NCBI RefSeq assembly: GCF_964355755.1
Contig: NC_092670.1
Location: forward strand, 38,552,388 to 38,616,387
Direction of reading: 5' to 3'
Source of the DNA: Antedon mediterranea
Taxonomy: Eukaryota > Animalia > Echinodermata
Length of the DNA stretch: 64,000 nt
Shown: piece after piece, positions 1 to 14,600 of the stretch
How the letters are laid out: every line of letters begins with the position of its first letter
Numbering within the stretch: the stretch's first letter is position 1
Program-made: the position numbers and the translations under genes
The notes under the pieces: model-generated
The model's database searches: none
Seen by the model: only the letters and a program-made list of their open reading frames with translations
Told to the model about the DNA's origin: nothing

Positions 1-478
1 TATTAAAACTACAAAGTAACCTATTCAAAGTCTGATTTAATTAATCTTCAGTTTTCATGTTTTTTGGGGAAAATACATCTTTTAACAAAACAAATTGAAA
101 CAATCATGAGTATGTATATAGCCCTAAAAAATGTAAATCATAAAAAATAATAAGATAATTATAATAATAACAACTTAATTGCCCATGTAATGAACAGAAA
201 TAAAATGTATATTGTCGGTAATCGATAATAAACATAACAAGAATAGTGTCTAGACAGATAGCAACGGAGTATTAATTATGAGTTTAACACCTGAATTACG
301 TATCGATCGAACTGTGAGAGTACGGTTAGTCCTTGTACTCAAATTTACCGTTAGATTGTACCTTGTATGTGCGGCGTTCCTAAAGGAAATTCGACATTGA
401 TAAAGATGTCTATTTTGTAAACCTTGATTATCATTTAAGGTCGATTATTTCTTATTGTTGTTATAGGTATACTGCCAT

Positions 479-545
479 CTGATCAATATCCTGATCAATA
501 TCTTGATCAATATCCTGATAAATATCTTGATCAATATCTTGATCA
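479..545. repeat. 12-bp tandem repeat (TGATCAATATCY), about 5.5 copies
   Basis: Direct reading. Confidence 0.8.
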
Positions 546-1349
546 TTATTTATGCAAAACAAAAGAGACAAATCTCTTTAAAATATCCTATACAAGACAA
601 AAATGGCAAAAGGCTTCCTACTTTCTAGAAATTTTATCAGATAATCTATATTGTTTTGACAACAGTTACTACAGTGCCGATTTTCCCCCTAACGGTGTAT
701 GTATTATGTGCATCTACATGCCATAGGCCTATTATAAAATAAATAATAAAATCATAAATTATTTAGGAAAAATAGATATTAACACATGATATTGCATTGA
801 TTTTATAATCAATTTTAATTTCACATTAAAGCGTATGTATAACAAAAATGGAAAAGAGTTACCCAAAAAAACCCAGGTGGCGAAAGTACATTTTAATTTA
901 ATAGTATATAACCTTGTACTTATATTCCCTGTGGAGCTAAGTATGTTTTTTTGGCAATCATGTGAAACGTTGTATTTGCCAATAAAGATAAGAATACCTA
1001 TTATTATGTTTGTTGAGAATATCAATTTTTAAACCGCAAGTTTATCGAGAGAGCCTTGACTGTGGTGTGCGGCTTAATCCTTCTGCTCAAGATGTCATGT
1101 TTTAGACTTTCCTTTATCCAAACAATGAGTGACAGACCGTCAGGTGTAATGAAAAATAGTACACATGGGATAATATCAACGGGTGGGAGATCATGTATTT
1201 TTCAGGTAAGTAAGCTTTTTCTAAGCCTGTGGGATAAAATTGGATTTTGAAATAATTAATGAAGGTTGAAAACCAAAACCTGATAATCACCACCCTTCTA
1301 AAACAACTGAATAACTAGGGGTCATTGTTTTATAATGTTAAAATACTTA

Positions 1350-2068
1350 AAGCTCTGTCTACACTATCAAACTGTGTGTTACAAAAAAATGTGATGTGAC
1401 ACGATGATGTCATATTACTACCATATTGTTTGATAATATTAAAATGCTTTAATTAAGATTGAAGAAAATATTGACTCAATCTATCGATTTAATTTGTTTT
1501 TAAAATGGAAACAATGAAAAGAAATAAAACCAGCAATTTATATATAAAATAAAAGCATGTCAATGAATAGAAGTGTAAAAAATATCTTCGATAATGTATT
1601 TCTAAAAAACTATAACTACACTGTTTAAAAAAAGTCCAGTATGATCACCACTTTTACGTACCATTGTATGATAAGCAAGAATCGAAAATTATAAAAAGTT
1701 TACAAATAAATTTTAATGTAGAAAGGATGTATAATAATGTAAGTAGGTGTATACAACAACAAAAACAAAAGAAAACAAAATTACCCTTAAAGTTTCAAAC
1801 ACCGAAAAGAGATTACTTTTTTTTGTGAGAAATATTCAAGGTCATGCAAGTACTCAGCAGTACGGGGATTAACCAACAACGAAGGGGATTACACTAATAT
1901 TTATTTTTACCTTTATAGATTTAATCAGGATAAAGCAATATTTATAATGGTAAAGCCATGGAGTCTAAATTTGTACAGGTGTACCTCCAATTCGAAATAT
2001 ATATTCTAATTTATAAAAAAAAAATTCTGGAACGGAGTATTAATTTTGTTGATAGTGTAGACAGAGCT
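1350..2068. mobile_element. MITE family 1 copy, apparently split (left half about 1350-1428, right TIR 2048-2068)
   Basis: AGCTCTGTCTACACTATCAAAC at 1351 and TGATAGTGTAGACAGAGCT at about 2050. Confidence 0.55.
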
Positions 2069-5000
2069 GGATTGGAACAAGGACATTAACCAACAAGCTG
2101 CAGCTCCAATACTTTTTTTGCTGATCAACCTGACCACACGAAATGATATATATAATACAATTCCTCCTCAAACTTAATTTATATGTTTTCTTACTTTTTA
2201 ATCTTTCTCAGTTTACTTTATTTTTTTTTTTGTAATTTGTTCTTATGTCAATTTTGTTTTGTATATATAATATGTGTATGTATTATTTTTCACTGTAAAC
2301 TTGTTGCACATCTCATTGAGACTGTGCCTCTGATTTAAAAAGAGACATTTTTTTAGCACCTGATAAATCTGTTATTCGTTATTTTGCAGTTTATATAGCA
2401 ATTTACCTGATTCTCATTGCTGTATTTCCCCATGCTATCTACAATATTTGCCCAGTATAGGTTAAGGCTTGAGTATGGTACAGTATTACGATATGCCATA
2501 ATTGTGATGTGATGTTGTATTCTCTGATACTGGGCCAAGATACAGTACCGAGAAGTTTAAAAAATATCACATAACATATATTAATTTTTAATAATAATGA
2601 TTTATATATCTAAACATTAGCAAATGATATGGCATGCGGCAACAGTTTATTTGTCTTTTTTTCTGTTTAGGGGTTCGTATAAAAAACTATTAAGACAAGT
2701 TCTTTTACTTCTATTGCCGATCCCTGAAATTTTTCATATTGTTACCATTTAACTTATTGTAAATTGCTTGTTTTTTTTCTTGACTCTTTCAAATAAATGT
2801 TGATTAAAAAAAATGAATGAATCATATGAGTAATTCCAGTAGGCCAAGTTCTTGGTAAAAAGGACATTGCCGGTAGAAGCAATAACTAACGCATTACATT
2901 GTTTTGTCAAAATTTCAGGAAATAGCGGCTTTATAAAGATCAAATTCATTGTCAATATGATGTGGAAATCGCTTTTCCCTTCTTTCTTCGATGGACAGAC
3001 AGAATGGACAAAGAAGAAACCATAACAAAGAAATCAACTTCTCTAAAATCACAAAGACTATAGATTAACAGAGTGCCACATGGTGCTGCATCGTGTGATT
3101 GTCTTTATATACAATTATTTAAATACGCATGTCTATTCTAGTTGATTGATATCAATATTACGTCAGTTTTTATGATTAATAAAACTATTCGAGATGAAAA
3201 AGACATTTTTCACGCGTCGTCGATCAACTTATGTACGCTCAATGCACGCGCTTCTCTCTACATATGCCCCAAGGGCGCCCAGTGCGTGAAATAAATTAAC
3301 TGAACAGTTCACTTCTTGTATGTAGTCATATTATAAGGAAACTATATAAAAACATAGAAGTTTACAGTGGGCACATTCACATCAAGGCCAAGGGAAACAC
3401 ATACACTTTTGTTTAAACATTCTCCTATGTATACCTCTATCCATAACATTACATTTATTGATGAATACATACCTACATGACATTTTAAAGGGGATGGTTG
3501 CTAGAAAATGTCACATGGTGTTTTTCTGGAGGGGCGGGGGATAATAAATCATGAAGCATGACCATCTCGAGATGATCTAATAGAATGTTTTTTCAGCAGA
3601 CTCAAATTTTGAAATAACGGGATGAATAAATAAAAAAAGAGACAGGATTTCGACAACCTCTAATTTTCTGGAATTTGTTATTAACTCTATTCGACCGGTT
3701 AACTTAATTTTGTTTAGGCCTAGGCCTACTTTCGATAATTGTAAAAAACAATTAGCACAAACAGTGAAGTGCCCCACTAACTGAATAAAAGTCTAGACAT
3801 TTTTTTCTAAGTCTAAGTCTCATTTTACTGAGTTACAGCGGCCTGAACCTAGAATTTTTGTTATGTTAAGCAGTATACCGTACCATACTCACACGACATG
3901 TAAAGACACGTGTAGACACCGGCAGCATATAACTCTTCATTATAAATTTGCTTACATTGCAAAAAATAAAAACGAGTATAGATATATAAAGGTTAGAATA
4001 CCACATACACTCTTGGGAAATACAGGGTGTTTGTAAAAAGTGGAAAACTAATGGAATAATGAACCACAACTTAACCTAATGCATGATTTCAATGGTTGTC
4101 AACTGATCATCGGATAATAAGTCAAGGCTGGGGATGATTTTATCAACTTAAAAACAAGAATAAGCAACAGCACGCGCGACCTTATTTGCGCGATTAACCC
4201 AATTGGTTTGTCTGTGTATAAGAACACACTGACATCCTCTACTGTACAAATGGTCAAAAAAATCCCGAGAGAATTCTAATTTTTATTTCCTGTAAATCAG
4301 AAATCAAATCGTTCTACGAACTCTGACTATGTATTGATGGTCAAAAGAAACTCTTGTGCTGGGTGCGAACGTACTTAGCAGATCACGTTTTTACATTTAT
4401 GCGTAAATATCTTGTAAAGAATAATTGATATAATCTATCGTCTGAACAATTTTGTGAAGTCCTAATTTTTTTTAGTCACCCAAATTATGCGAACATCGAA
4501 TGATTCAGTGAAGGATCCAGGATTTTTAAATAGGGACACCAAATTGCAACGCATGGTGCAAAAATGACAGACATATGTAATATTTCATTCAGCATTTAAT
4601 TTTGTTTAAACAGTAAAGTCCATGAACAACAATACATAATAATAATATTTTTTAACAGATTAAATTTAAAATAAAATAAATTAATTAATTAGAAGTAAAA
4701 AAAACTTCTCCAATAAACGTGACATCAGTATCATACTGTATTTGTTAACAATTAACATTATTTTTTTATTAAATTTAAATTTTCTTCTTCTCTTTCTTAA
4801 AAAAGTATATATTATAATATTAATATTTTGGAAATTAATCTTTACCAATTATGAACTTTTATTATACCTAAAATACATCAATGGACTAGCTTTGACAACA
4901 ATTTAAAAAAATTAAAATTTCCAATAGTTTCCATAAAGATATAAACTTTCTTCGTTAAACTATCAAACATCCAATAAAAATTAATAATAATTAGGCTAAA

Positions 5001-5492
5001 GACAAAAATAAGTTTTTACAAACACTATTCATCTTGATGTTTAGATAAGACCATATTTTATAGTTTATAGTTAATTTTGTTTTTGTTTGCTTAGTTTAGT
5101 TATTCATGTCTTTATTTTTCTATAATGTTCTGCATTGTTTGCTGGACCGCACTGCATACTGTGAGTGCCACTGATACAAAGGTGTATATGGTCAACAAAT
5201 AAATAATGAATAAAGTCTTTTTTTTTTAAAGTAAAAAAAAATTAGGATTAAAACATGGTTACACATTTCTTGTTCTTACAACACAGTGGTACTAACATTT
5301 TTTTTAAACACCAGTATAGTGTAAAGTCATTAATATTATGACTGTACACTTATCTTTTTTCTTTTAAACGATTGCTAAAACCCGAACAAGGACTTAACAA
5401 CAAACCAAGGATAAGAACAAAATGCACGAAATCAGGAAACCTGGATTTACTTTCCAGGGGCCAGAGCCTACAAAGATGTCCTTCGTAAAACT

Positions 5493-5500
5493 TATAAAAG
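5493..5500 (+). promoter_or_regulatory. TATA box of gene A
   Basis: TATAAAAG about 60 nt upstream of the ATG (5555) that opens a signal-peptide exon. Confidence 0.6.
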
Positions 5501-5554
5501 GTGATGTAGATGACAAGTTAGAGCAGAACGTCCGTGGATCCTAGATCCGTCAAG

Positions 5555-5644
5555 ATGTCCCAACGATACTTGCTTCAAGCTTTCCTACTATTGGCTATTT
5601 GTATGACGTCATCGGCTTTTATTTTAAATTGGTTCGGAAATAAT
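5555..5644 (+). CDS. Gene A exon 1, signal peptide
   Basis: MSQRYLLQAFLLLAICMTSSAFILNWFGNN: hydrophobic core and small-residue cleavage region (SSA), followed by a GTAAGT donor. Confidence 0.8.
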
Positions 5645-8600
5645 GTAAGTTTTAACTTATTTTAACATTAGTTTGAAACAAAATGAGCTTATCTTGTAAT
5701 CTCGATAAAAAACAAAGCAAATTATTTCTGAATATTTTGTTTTAATTTAATCAGATTATTGTACATTTTAATATTTAAATTTTTTTTTTTCTATTCCATT
5801 GTTAGAATTATTATAATACGGTATGTTTAAAAATCCATTGTCTTGAATACTAGAAGATGGCTAACTAGAAAGACTCGCTAAAGACTCGCTAATGACTTTG
5901 TTTTAGTTTCTATGTAAAATATTACTTAAAATTTATTTTGATATCATTTTGAAAACACTAATACTGAGGAGAATTCGTTTGTCTTTTAATAACGCTATAA
6001 TATGCCAGCTACAATAGGCGATTGACTTACTTAATATTAATTATTTTTCCAAATTGATCTGGATAGATACAAACAAATTTATTTAGTTTTTTAATCACTA
6101 AAAAAAATTTCAACAAATTCATTTTGATTTTGTAGTTTTTACTTTACCATTTAATTCAATACTATTACACTCTTCTTACTCACTTAACTATTTCTTCTTA
6201 TTAAAAAAAATAGTTTTGACATATAGTTTAACAGTTTGAAATTAAAATCATGTGAGTTTTTCCAGAAAACAAATATTTTGTTTCTTAATTATAATTATAT
6301 ATAATTTATCTAAAGTTGTATCAAATATTTAATTGTCTCTTAGAATTGTTATTTTTGTTTAATATACCGTTATTTTTCACATAATAGTAATTTAAAGAAG
6401 AATATACCGGTAGTCATTCGGAAGTCAATGAGTTTTTAATTACTATTAGATTTTGCTACCGTATTTTTTAAGTGAATAACTTTAGTAAAACTATACAAAT
6501 GGTCTATTCAATGTATTTTTTCTTGTTCTGGGCGATATATCAAACAACTGAACAATTTAGAATTAGTAACAACAAAAATGCTTTCTTTATTTATGTGACA
6601 AAAGATATGATGTGCCCATATATGGACATGATGTGATATCGCTACCATATTTAAGCATATCACTACCATATTTGGCCACATCACATTTTTTTGTGGCATA
6701 AAATTTAATAGTGTAGACAAAGCTTTAAGTAGCAAATTTGAATAAGGATTATAGAAGCTTGGTTTAAGTATAAACTTACTAAATATTACACAACCTTTCA
6801 AATCAAATAGACAGGCGATATATGTATAAGGTAATTTATTAAGCAAACACGTTTTTAAACATTAGGTATTTTCAGGAAAGATTGTAATTTCATTCCTTGG
6901 TATTTTCTGCATCATTAAATACCAATATCGTCGCTCATCGGCTTTAATGTCTTAGTTTCAATACCCATATTTTTGCGGGTCTTTTACCGAAACTTCTAAA
7001 CAACTGATCTTAAGTTCTAACTTGTGATTTATTTCTTGGTGTTGCTAGTAATCACTGTGTATTACTAGGCACTTCTTTTAGGCTTTGTTCACATGAACAC
7101 TAGAACGCAAGGACATAAACATCATAACCGCCGACGGATGATTGGTAACAATACTTGAGCAGCTGCATGTAGGCCTACGCCCTTTTGCGTTGCGTCTTAG
7201 TGGAACTAAGTTTTACCTTGGTTCCCAATTGGACGCAACGGAACAACGTGACACAACAAAGCAAGTGAGTTGACCAATCACAAGCGACAGTCAGATGACC
7301 CATTGCGTCGTGATTGGTCCGCATACTTGCGTTGTGATTACGTCTTTTCGCTGCGTTCCTATAGTGGAAAACAATCTCTTAATATGTAAATCCAACACAT
7401 ACATTACTAATAATTTTATAAACAACCAAATAATTATAATCTTTTTACGTCACAGAAAGAAACTGATGCCGATAAAGACAGTGAAGACGTATTTGGGGTC
7501 AGGGCACATGCCGAAGAAGGTTCGTGTAGCCAACTTATTTTAAAATGTTTTAATTACAGCAAAAATATAAAACAAAAGTCTATACATTATTGGGTGCATT
7601 GCAGTTGTGTTATATATTTTAATATATGTTAATAAATCTCAACTTTGGTTTCTTAAACAAATACCTACACTTTATCATCCTAAATCGGCGCAAACATAAA
7701 AAAACACGACCTTTGTCCAAGTTTGTCTGTCCTACCTTATTGAACATTTCCTTAGTATGTTTATATTCCAATCAATCCGAAAACATCACTTCGTTTGCCC
7801 TTGCGGTGTAGATTCCTGGGCTCGTGATCCGTCATTTCTCAGGAAGCACTTCAGGTCATTATAGGCGGTGTATCACCAACACCTTATCAAATCTGTGTCA
7901 ATAATACGTCGTATGCATGCTAGCCAGGAAATAATAGACTGGCGTTATTTTACATTCCTTTATGTACTAGGGTAAAGGTACTATTGGTATATAGGCTAAC
8001 AAGACACATTTTGTACATTAATGTTCCAAGTACAGTTCAAATGAGTTTGTTGGTCTATTTGCAAAATGCTAAGTCACCAACATCAAAAACACCCACGAAT
8101 ATTTACCACCATTATGGCGCGAATTGCGAATGGTGTTCCGTGATTGCTGCCTGGAATACGGTGGCCAGAATAACATACGCTTTGAATAATGTTTGCATAA
8201 TCAGGATAATTGTATCATATCTTCATCGTTTACTAAATTGTAAGCATCAATTGTAATAATACTGTTGAACCCAATAGATTGCCTTAGTTGAACTTAATAA
8301 ATTTAATTCTGGAACCGTACCACTGTAGCCTACAGTCTAGTAACTCTTGGACAACTATGTTTAGACATGTTCTTCAAAAACATGTGTGTAGTTAGCCAAC
8401 CAAATAAGACGCATTGTATTATTAGTCTAATTAAAATAATATATTTAAATATAAAATTCACCTGATGAAATTACACAAACACTGGTATGCCTACTCAATA
8501 ATAGCCAAAACATGAGAAGTTTGTTCGGTATTAGCTATTAATTAGTGGAATGCCATACTCTCCTCAATCACACGATGTAGTATAGTAGCGTAGCCTAAAT

Positions 8601-11600
8601 ACAATTGTCAAGTAGGTTTGAAAAAAAGTTAAGTTAAGTTATCTAAAGCTCTGTCCACTACACATCAAACGTGTCAAAAAAGTGCCCATATATGGACATG
8701 ATGATGTCATCACTACCTTATTTGTGTATATCACTACCATATTTGGGCACATCACACTTTTTTGTCAAACTAGTTTGATAGGTAGACAGAGCTTAAGTAA
8801 GGCAGGTAAGCAAACATTTGTCATGATTATTCTTGTTGTATTTCAGTTATAGAATGTCCGTCGGACATGGAATTTATAGAGTGTGGAGGGCCTTGTCAGG
8901 CGACTTGTACCAATCCCTATGCCGAGTGTCCTACTGATGGACCAGAATGTATAGGGTATTGCAAGTGCAAAGACGGTCTGGTACGTCAAGGTAACCGTTG
9001 TATACCGTTAGGTGAATGCCGATGCGAATACGATGGCAATTTGATGAATACTGGAGACGTCATTAATGTTGACTGCAATAATTGGTGAGCACATCTTATG
9101 TTATCAGGGTATCCTTCCTTCCTTCCAGAGCACATTATAATCACATCATCAATATATTGCATAAATATTAGTAGTCGTCATTTTCGCACGCGTGTCTAGT
9201 GTAGACGCGTGTCTAGTGTAGCCCTGGGTTTAAAATATATATTATTTTTAAAAAAATATATGACCTAACATGTACCAACATTGACAATCACTCAGTGATT
9301 CAGGACCCTTTTGGATCATAGGGGCTTATTTCACAACATTTGTTCTGGTTAACCACGTTCACAAAAATGTTTATTATTATTAATATTGATGTGAAGGTTT
9401 ATATTTATTTTTTTAATAAACAATAAATTTTAACTGGAGCTCCCCTTTAATTTAACTTGATTGTTGGAAGAGTTTGCTTATACAGAGATTAGCGCCCTCT
9501 ATTTTATTCGGAAAGTTAGTGAGGTCCCTGGATTTCTGACGGCTTTTACCTATGTCATGTAGGATGCTGCTGTTTTTTTGAAATATTGTTGTCTGGATTC
9601 TGGAACGCTAATTGACGTATTTTAAAGACATTAACAAGAAACCAATACTAACACATATTCAAGGTAGTCTGAGTGGGTTAATAGCTAGGCTGACTAGCTA
9701 ATTAAGCTAGGACTTAGCCCGGTCGGTGTAGCCTAGGCCTAGCTAGGCCTAGCCTAAAAGCCGCCTTGAGGAAGCAGCGGGTGTGCAGTCTACCGCCAGC
9801 AGACGGTTTCCCTGCTGGATGTGAGGAAGCAGTGTGGGTGTGCAGCCTACCGCCAGCAGACGGTGTGCCTGCTGCTGGATGCGAGGCTCAGTCAGACAGA
9901 ATTGATAAAGCAAGGCCATGGTTTAATCTGACTGTGTTATCTGATTATCTGAATCAGATTGTGTTATATTATTTATATTTTATTTGTTTTGTTTTGAGGA
10001 GCCTATTCACCACAAGCTTTGCTTTCTTTTAGGCTCCTCCACTTTATATTTATATATTTGTAAAGTGAAATAAATAAATGAAAATGAAATGAAATGAAAT
10101 GACTGTTCAGGCCTAGCCTAGGCCTAGCTAAGTTTTGCAAACTGATTGAACATTGCAACTTTATTTTTATTTTGTTTACAGTACTTGCAATGGTGACCAA
10201 TGGGAGTGTACTGAAAATAAATGTGGAGGTATGACTAGGCCTAGTTTATATATATTTTTTTCTTTATCCTATGCTTTTTTCCAATTTCTAACACGTTTGC
10301 ATGTTCTTTCTACTAGTATGCAATATAAGCTTTATTTATTAATATTTTCAATGATAATATAGCGCCAATGATAATTATTTTGTATGCCTTCTTTCTCTTA
10401 GCCACCTGTTGGACTGCCGGTCTTGGCTCTTTCAAAACATTTGACAACAAGTACTACGAACATGAAGGTAACTGCGAACACTACCTTGCAAAGAACTGCC
10501 AACCTCAAGGTACGAAATACGAGATCAGATTGAAAACCGAGAACTGCTACGCTCAGGCCTCTGGTAAAGACAACCTGTGTAGAAAGTCCATCAACATCAG
10601 ATACAAAGGGAGCAATGTTCGCGTGGGTTATGCCAGTGAAGTCATGGTTGATGGCGAAGAAATTGCCGTTTTCCCATGGTCTGAGCCTGGTATCTTCATT
10701 GAAAAACCAGTATATCATACAACCAAGGTATGTGTTTACATGTATATAAAATATTTAGTTAATCATACATTTTTTAAGTAACTAAAATTGTATTCATTAT
10801 TTAAACTGTTTCCTTTGGTTTAAAAACTCTTATTTCCCCAGAAATGTATTACATGCCTACTTAAACTCTGTCTGCACTATCAAACTAGTTTGAAAAAAAA
10901 AGTGTGATGTGCCTAGATATGGGAGTGATGATATCAATCAATCAATCAATCGTTCGATTTATATAGCGCCATTCCAACATTCATTGCTCATGGCGCTCAT
11001 ATGCTTAAATATGACATCATCATTTCCATATATGGGCACGTCACATTTTATTTGTCACATAAAGTTTGATAGTGTAGACAGAGCTTTAATAACTTAATCA
11101 GTTTCTTCTCAGATTGTTTGATAAAAACATGGTTAAACGTATAACTATATTACACTATTTATAATATATACAATAAATATAAATGTGTAAAGGTCCATCA
11201 TTTATTTTTTTCATAGGTCACTTTGGATATTGGGATTGAAATACTTTTTGATGAGCAAACACGTGTTCAAGTTTTCGCCAACAATGATCTCATTGACGCC
11301 ACGTGTGGTTTGTGTGGAACGTTCAACAACAACATCGATGACGAGTTTCTTACTCCCTCAGGTAAAAAGACTAAACACATTTAAACAACTCTTTAAACTA
11401 AGCTAAGACGCAATGCAAGAATGTAAATTAAGCGCAATCCAAGAACGTATTTGACCAAAAGCAAGCGATTAAAATCTGTCTACACTATCAAACTTTATGT
11501 GACAAAAATGTGATGTGCCCATATTTGGACATGATGATGTCATATCACTACCATATTTGGGCATATCACTGTACTATTTTGGGCACATTACACTATTTTG

Positions 11601-14600
11601 ATAGTGAAGACAGAGCTTTCCTTGCGTTGCGTCCTAGGGGGAACCAAAGTTTATTTGCCATATTAGGTTTTTTCTAAACTAAGGTGATTAAGAGTGAAGT
11701 TGTTTGTCATCTGACAGGATTTGAACCAATGACTCCGGAGATCAAAAGCCAAACATCTTAACAATTAAGATTTACTCATTATATTTTTGTGTTCTAGGTG
11801 TGGTTGAAACAGATCTAGATTTGTTCTGGTTTAATTGGCTGGTAGATCTTTGGTGTAGTCCAAGCTTTACTCCAGTGGTTGCAGCTTGCGTTGCTTACGA
11901 AACAATGCAGCCGCTAGCAGATGATCTCTGTGCAGATTTGGTCCATAGTCTTGGTCCATTTTCAGGTAAGACATTTGTGACATGATTCGCGCATCTAGTA
12001 TACTAAAACTTTCACCATACACAGATAATTGTATCTATAATTAGGCCGTGGGAAATTTTATGCTTCTCATTGGCTCGTTCTCATTTTGAAGCGCTTTTTA
12101 GGTAAACTCTCATCACAAGATTTTAATTGCATGCGCAAATGCAGCTGGATAAGTTGTAAATGCAGTGGCAACCAAACTAGGCATATACCCAGTTATTCTA
12201 ACTCTATGCCAACAAATTGTAAAAATATATTAAAAGAAGAAAAATAAGGTAGGACTTCCAGTTGGCACCATCCAACTCATGTTCTTTTTCTTTAAAAAAA
12301 ACAAAAATGCAGGGATGACAAGAACCATGTCATCTATTTCCTTTGGCCTTGTTTTTTTTTGCAAGCGCTGTCAACACTATCAAACTTTATGTGACAAAAA
12401 ATTGTGATGTGCCCTTGTATGGGACATGATGATGTCATATCACTAATACCATATTTGGGGACATCACACTTTTTTGTCAAACTAGTTTGATAGTGTAGAC
12501 AGACCTTTATTTTACAATTTACTTGATGAAACATAAACAGGCCATGATATACTGTGACTACACAGTACATTGCATCCAAATTTTGGCGATTTAGTGACCA
12601 CAACCATATTTCCGATCTTGATCTGTTGTTTTCCCATGGTCTATTTTTAGATAAGCCTTAAGAAGGTAAGCCTTAAGGAGGTAAGCCTTAAGGAGGTAAG
12701 CCTTAAGAAGGTAAGCCTAAAGGAGGTCAGCACAAGGCTAAATTATCTTTCACTATCCCAGTCAATCCGCTTCAAATCCTTGTCATCCTACTCAGATATC
12801 CCGCTCTTTTCCTACTCATTCCACTTTGACACGGTCAAGGGTGTGACATTTTGAGTGCTTGTCAGGGTACTAATTCATCTTAATCCATTTCAACAAGGCC
12901 CAGGAATTTGATCATTTCCTCTGGTTTACCAATTAATATATTTGACACAATAAAGAGTTTTTAAAGTGATACATTTGCATATTCATAATTATGCGCAAAA
13001 CTTTTCTTATGTTATATGTTGTCTATTATAGTTTTCAAAACACTCTTAAAAACCCATCTTTTTTCTTTGTAATTTCTTTCTGTTTTTTCTCAGCGCTTTG
13101 GGACAATCTTTTGATTGTATAAGCGCTATATAAATCCAACAACAGTACATTACATTTAATGTGACATAATAGTTATTCACTCCGACCAAAAACTGTATTG
13201 AAAAAAAAAATTATTTTCCTGAAAAAGTGTAATTTAAAGCAAAAAATACTTAATTTATCTGTCAGACAATGGTTTTTGGTTAAAATTAACAGTTTATTTT
13301 TTTATAAGTGAAATAATTTTTTTTTAAACAGAAGTGAATAACTTTATTCAAATTGCAAAATAGCCTAATAAAGTCTGATTTTATTAATCTTCATTTTTCA
13401 TGTTTTTGGAGGACAATACATCTTTAAATTTCAGCACACATAAAATAACAAGCATGATAATTTTTTTTTTAAATAGCCTGTCACAGTAAGGTGAACCCTG
13501 ACCCCTACTATGCAGCTTGTCAGTCCGACGTATGTAGCTGCGCTGAGGGCGCCAACTGTCATTGTAATATTTATTCGCAATACGCAGCTGATTGTAGTGC
13601 AAATATGGTCACCGTTTCCTGGCGACCAACAACTAAAGGATGCTGTGAGTAGACATTCAAATATTTTTTATCTTATAAATTGTTTAATTATAATTTTCAG
13701 ATACCATTTATGCCCTAGTATTAATTGTCATTTGTATATAAGCTCTCAACTTAGCATGAGGTTAGGACATAATATTGGATGTAAACTAGTTGGCCAATCA
13801 CAAGCAACAGTTTGGATAATAAATTTCTTGTAATTGGTCAGATTAATTTCCTTTTGCTTTCGTCCTTGTATCCAAATCTTTTGATTTATTTAATAATAAT
13901 AACAATTTTTAATACTAATTATAAGTGACCCAAGAATATTACATTATGGCTTAAAAAAAAAAATTAAAAAATAAGGTGACACAATAACAATTAGTGCAAC
14001 TAAAAAAAAAATGGTACAAGAACAATATAGTGCATCAGTATCCATTGTACAGTACCTAAAGCACTGTCTACACTAGCAAACTTTATGTGATAAAAAATGT
14101 GATGTGCCCATGTATGGACACAATGATTTCATATCACTACCATATTTGGGCACATTACACTTTTTTTTGTCAAACTAGATAGTGTAAACAGAGCTTTATT
14201 AATTAAGAAATAACCTCAATACATTTGATTATACATTTTTTATGGTTAATAATTATGTCTTAAATAATACTTCATAGCTCTCGTTTGTCCTGTTGGAACT
14301 CAATACAGTGAATGCCACAACACGTGCAAATCCTCTTGTGGAGCCCAACTATCTGAGGTCAAATGTCATGACACGTGTGTATCGGGTTGCTCATGTCCTC
14401 CGGGGATGGTCTTCGATACAAACGGCTACTGTATTCCTGAAGACAGCTGCGAATGTCAGGCGTTTGGAAGATCGTTTGATTCTACAGACATACTAAGCCT
14501 TGAATGCAGTAAATGGTAAGATGAGTATTACTTTATCTTTTATATTCCAGATGTTGTCAAAATTGGCAAATATGATTTAAATACAAAATATAGATACTTT

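Noticed and set aside
759-4069. Short ORFs upstream of gene A
   Set aside because: Low-complexity AT-rich translations without domains or a splice chain
5380-5470. Possible Fox/ETS sites (AAACAA, GGAA) upstream of both genes
   Set aside because: Short motifs expected by chance in AT-rich DNA; unsupported without conservation data
12740-12940. Possible minus-strand reverse transcriptase fragment (IKFLG)
   Set aside because: Multiple stops and only a 4-5 residue motif; insufficient evidence
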